Assembly: GCA_028700425.1 (NCBI GenBank)
Contig: JAQVSP010000001.1
Location: 1,237-65,236 of the forward strand
Direction: 5' to 3'
Origin: Sphaerochaetaceae bacterium
GTDB taxonomy: Bacteria; Spirochaetota; Spirochaetia; Sphaerochaetales; Sphaerochaetaceae
Length of the DNA: 64,000 nucleotides
Numbering within the stretch: the first letter of the stretch is position 1; the number at the start of each line of letters is the position of its first letter. Positions 62,778 through 64,000 of this stretch are shown piece by piece. The notes beneath the pieces were generated by a model. That model was given only the letters and a program-made list of their open reading frames with translations. It searched no databases and was not told the DNA's origin. The translations under genes were made by a program, and so were the position numbers.

Positions 62778-63782
62778 TTATGGAAGGTGGGACAGCACCT
62801 TCTGTATCTGATCTATCTCATTTGCCTTCAGAAAAGGATAAATGGGAAAGAGCATTGTCCTTTGATAATAAGGTATGGATATCGGAAATCTCTCAAACTC
62901 GTCCACATGATCCTGTCCGGCGACCTCTGTGAAGGCCATCTGCACAGGCACATTGTACTTCTTGCAGAACTTCTGGATCTCATCAACCTTTGTGTCCAGA
63001 AATACTGGAAAACAGCCACAGCAGCCCTCGTAGTCCAGAGAGGCCTCTCCAAAGACCTTGTGGCGTGTCTTCATGAGGCTTGACCTATAGGCCCTGCCTA
63101 TCTCCTGCCGCCTTTTCATGCTGTCATTGTAGCCCAGCAGCTGTATGAGGCCAAGGCTTGCATTCAGGTCTGTCATCCTTTCATAGCTGTCAAGGCCTCC
63201 TTGAAGCTTCTCAGAGACAGCCGGGCTTGAGCAGGCAGCCAAGGCTCCGCCGCCTGTGCTGACCAAGAGGTCATCCTCGAAGGCGCATACAACTACATCG
63301 CCTATGCTGCCTGCCAATCCCTGGCCATGAACAGAGCCCAGGGTCTGGCTGATGTCCTCGATTATGGGAAGGCCTTGATAGTCCTCTGCATCTGCAAGGG
63401 TCCCAAGGCTTTCATTGAGTATGACCAGGTCGCAGCCTGCATTCTCTACGTTTATGCAGCCGTTCTTCTGATAGACGTCGCAGAGGATCAGGGTGCAGCC
63501 AAGCTCCTCGGCAATCCTGGCCCATATGGCTGGAGCAAGAAAGCTTATGGCAACCTTGATCCCTGGCCCGGCTCCAAGGCTGAGAAGAGCATTCCTGATT
63601 GCCTTGGGATAGGTCCTGAAGCAATGTGCAAATTGCTTGGAATCTCCAATGAGATGAAGAAAGGACCTGGCAAACTCATCGGTCCTGGAGCTTGTGGTGA
63701 TCCTTTCATCAACAAGCGTCTGAAGAACGCTGAGCATGTCCTTTCTCTTGATTGTAGGCTTACTGAAGCTTATAGAATCCAT
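62778..63782 (-). CDS. DegT/DnrJ/EryC1-like fold-type I protein lacking the PLP lysine motif
   Basis: N-terminus ISFSKPTIKRKDMLSVLQTLVDERITTSSRTDEFARSF...LGAGPGIKVAISFLAP aligns with the DegT family. At the expected SFHxxKxxxxGEGG block the sequence is CAFEDDLLVSTGGG. Confidence 0.55.
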   Translation of the reverse strand: MDSISFSKPTIKRKDMLSVLQTLVDERITTSSRTDEFARSFLHLIGDSKQFAHCFRTYPKAIRNALLSLGAGPGIKVAISFLAPAIWARIAEELGCTLILCDVYQKNGCINVENAGCDLVILNESLGTLADAEDYQGLPIIEDISQTLGSVHGQGLAGSIGDVVVCAFEDDLLVSTGGGALAACSSPAVSEKLQGGLDSYERMTDLNASLGLIQLLGYNDSMKRRQEIGRAYRSSLMKTRHKVFGEASLDYEGCCGCFPVFLDTKVDEIQKFCKKYNVPVQMAFTEVAGQDHVDEFERFPISIPYYQRTMLFPIYPFLKANEIDQIQKVLSHLP

Positions 63783-63814
63783 GGCTGCATTATAATCCCT
63801 ATCGGCATAAAAGC

Positions 63815-64000
63815 CTAGATGACTGTGAAGGGAATGGTGAAGCTTGAGCTTAGCGTTCCAAGGATATAGAAGTCCGCCTTGATGGTGAAATAGGTTCCAG
63901 CAGGCAGATCCTTGTCCACCAGGACGTCAAAGCCGGAGTACAGGGGATTGTTCAAGGTGCTGTCAATCTGGGCCACAGAGAAGCCAAGCACGTTGGAGGG
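63815..64000 (-). CDS. C-terminal end of an unidentified protein (gene continues beyond the window end)
   Basis: My reverse-strand translation is open for 61 codons (PSNVLGFSVAQIDSTLNNPLYSGFDVLVDKDLPAGTYFTIKADFYILGTLSSSFTIPFTVI) and ends at the TAG at 63817..63815. Confidence 0.4.
   Translation of the reverse strand, partial: PSNVLGFSVAQIDSTLNNPLYSGFDVLVDKDLPAGTYFTIKADFYILGTLSSSFTIPFTVI

Noticed and set aside
1-64000. I looked for CRISPR arrays, IS or transposase genes, prophage genes, toxin-antitoxin pairs, restriction-modification or other defence islands, rRNA operons and long tandem repeats.
   Set aside because: None was seen. There are no repeat-spacer periodicity, no transposase or integrase beyond the Xer pair, and no compositional island obvious by eye. 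The window is syntenic core genome. Negative calls made by eye should be confirmed with the standard tools.

Overview
This 64-kb window is about 50% GC and looks like core chromosome. I call about 63 protein-coding genes, 4 tRNA genes (Gly-UCC, Glu-CUC, Gln-CUG, Thr-CGU) and one gene broken by an in-frame stop. I saw no rRNA, CRISPR array, IS element, prophage or recognisable defence/toxin island.

The gene order is the one I know from spirochaete chromosomes of the Borrelia/Treponema type. The matching blocks are ffh-rpsP-KH-rimM-trmD-rplS ... coaD-rpmF-acpP-rnc-cca; smc-rnhB-PUR-alpha; murG-cvpA-holB-like-HK-NtrC-type regulator; xerC-hslV-hslU fused to a compact dcw cluster (mraZ-rsmH-ftsL-murF-mraY-ftsW-ftsQ-ftsA-ftsZ); and an orphan groES. 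The taxonomic assignment is inference from synteny only.

Other content: ileS (partial), ppdK, secA, recN-nadK, ABC-F, coaX, tsaD, a DinG-like helicase, a class B PBP, a LysM/LytM protein, two GH57 glycogen-type enzymes, tandem M29 aminopeptidase homologues and a membrane GDPD.

The most interesting signals:
1. A perfect sigma-54 -24/-12 promoter sits directly in front of a small RpoS-like sigma factor gene. An Hk2/Rrp2-like histidine kinase and sigma-54 activator pair lies 6 kb away. This implies an RpoN-to-RpoS sigma cascade.
2. A degenerate FlhF-like GTPase is the only gene at the position downstream of hslU where spirochaetes and Bacillus place the large flagellar operon. It may be a relic or a repurposed landmark protein.
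3. A recurrent promoter geometry (-10 hexamer 6-9 nt before the start codon, no Shine-Dalgarno) suggests many leaderless mRNAs. It includes murG and secA sharing one 8-bp AT box.
4. Several catalytically degenerate paralogues (LytM, DegT-like, M29-like), a DUF1566-like repeat protein inserted into a conserved block, and a tRNA-Gly with C at position 33.

I found no clear novel multi-gene system. Most of the window is ordinary housekeeping DNA.
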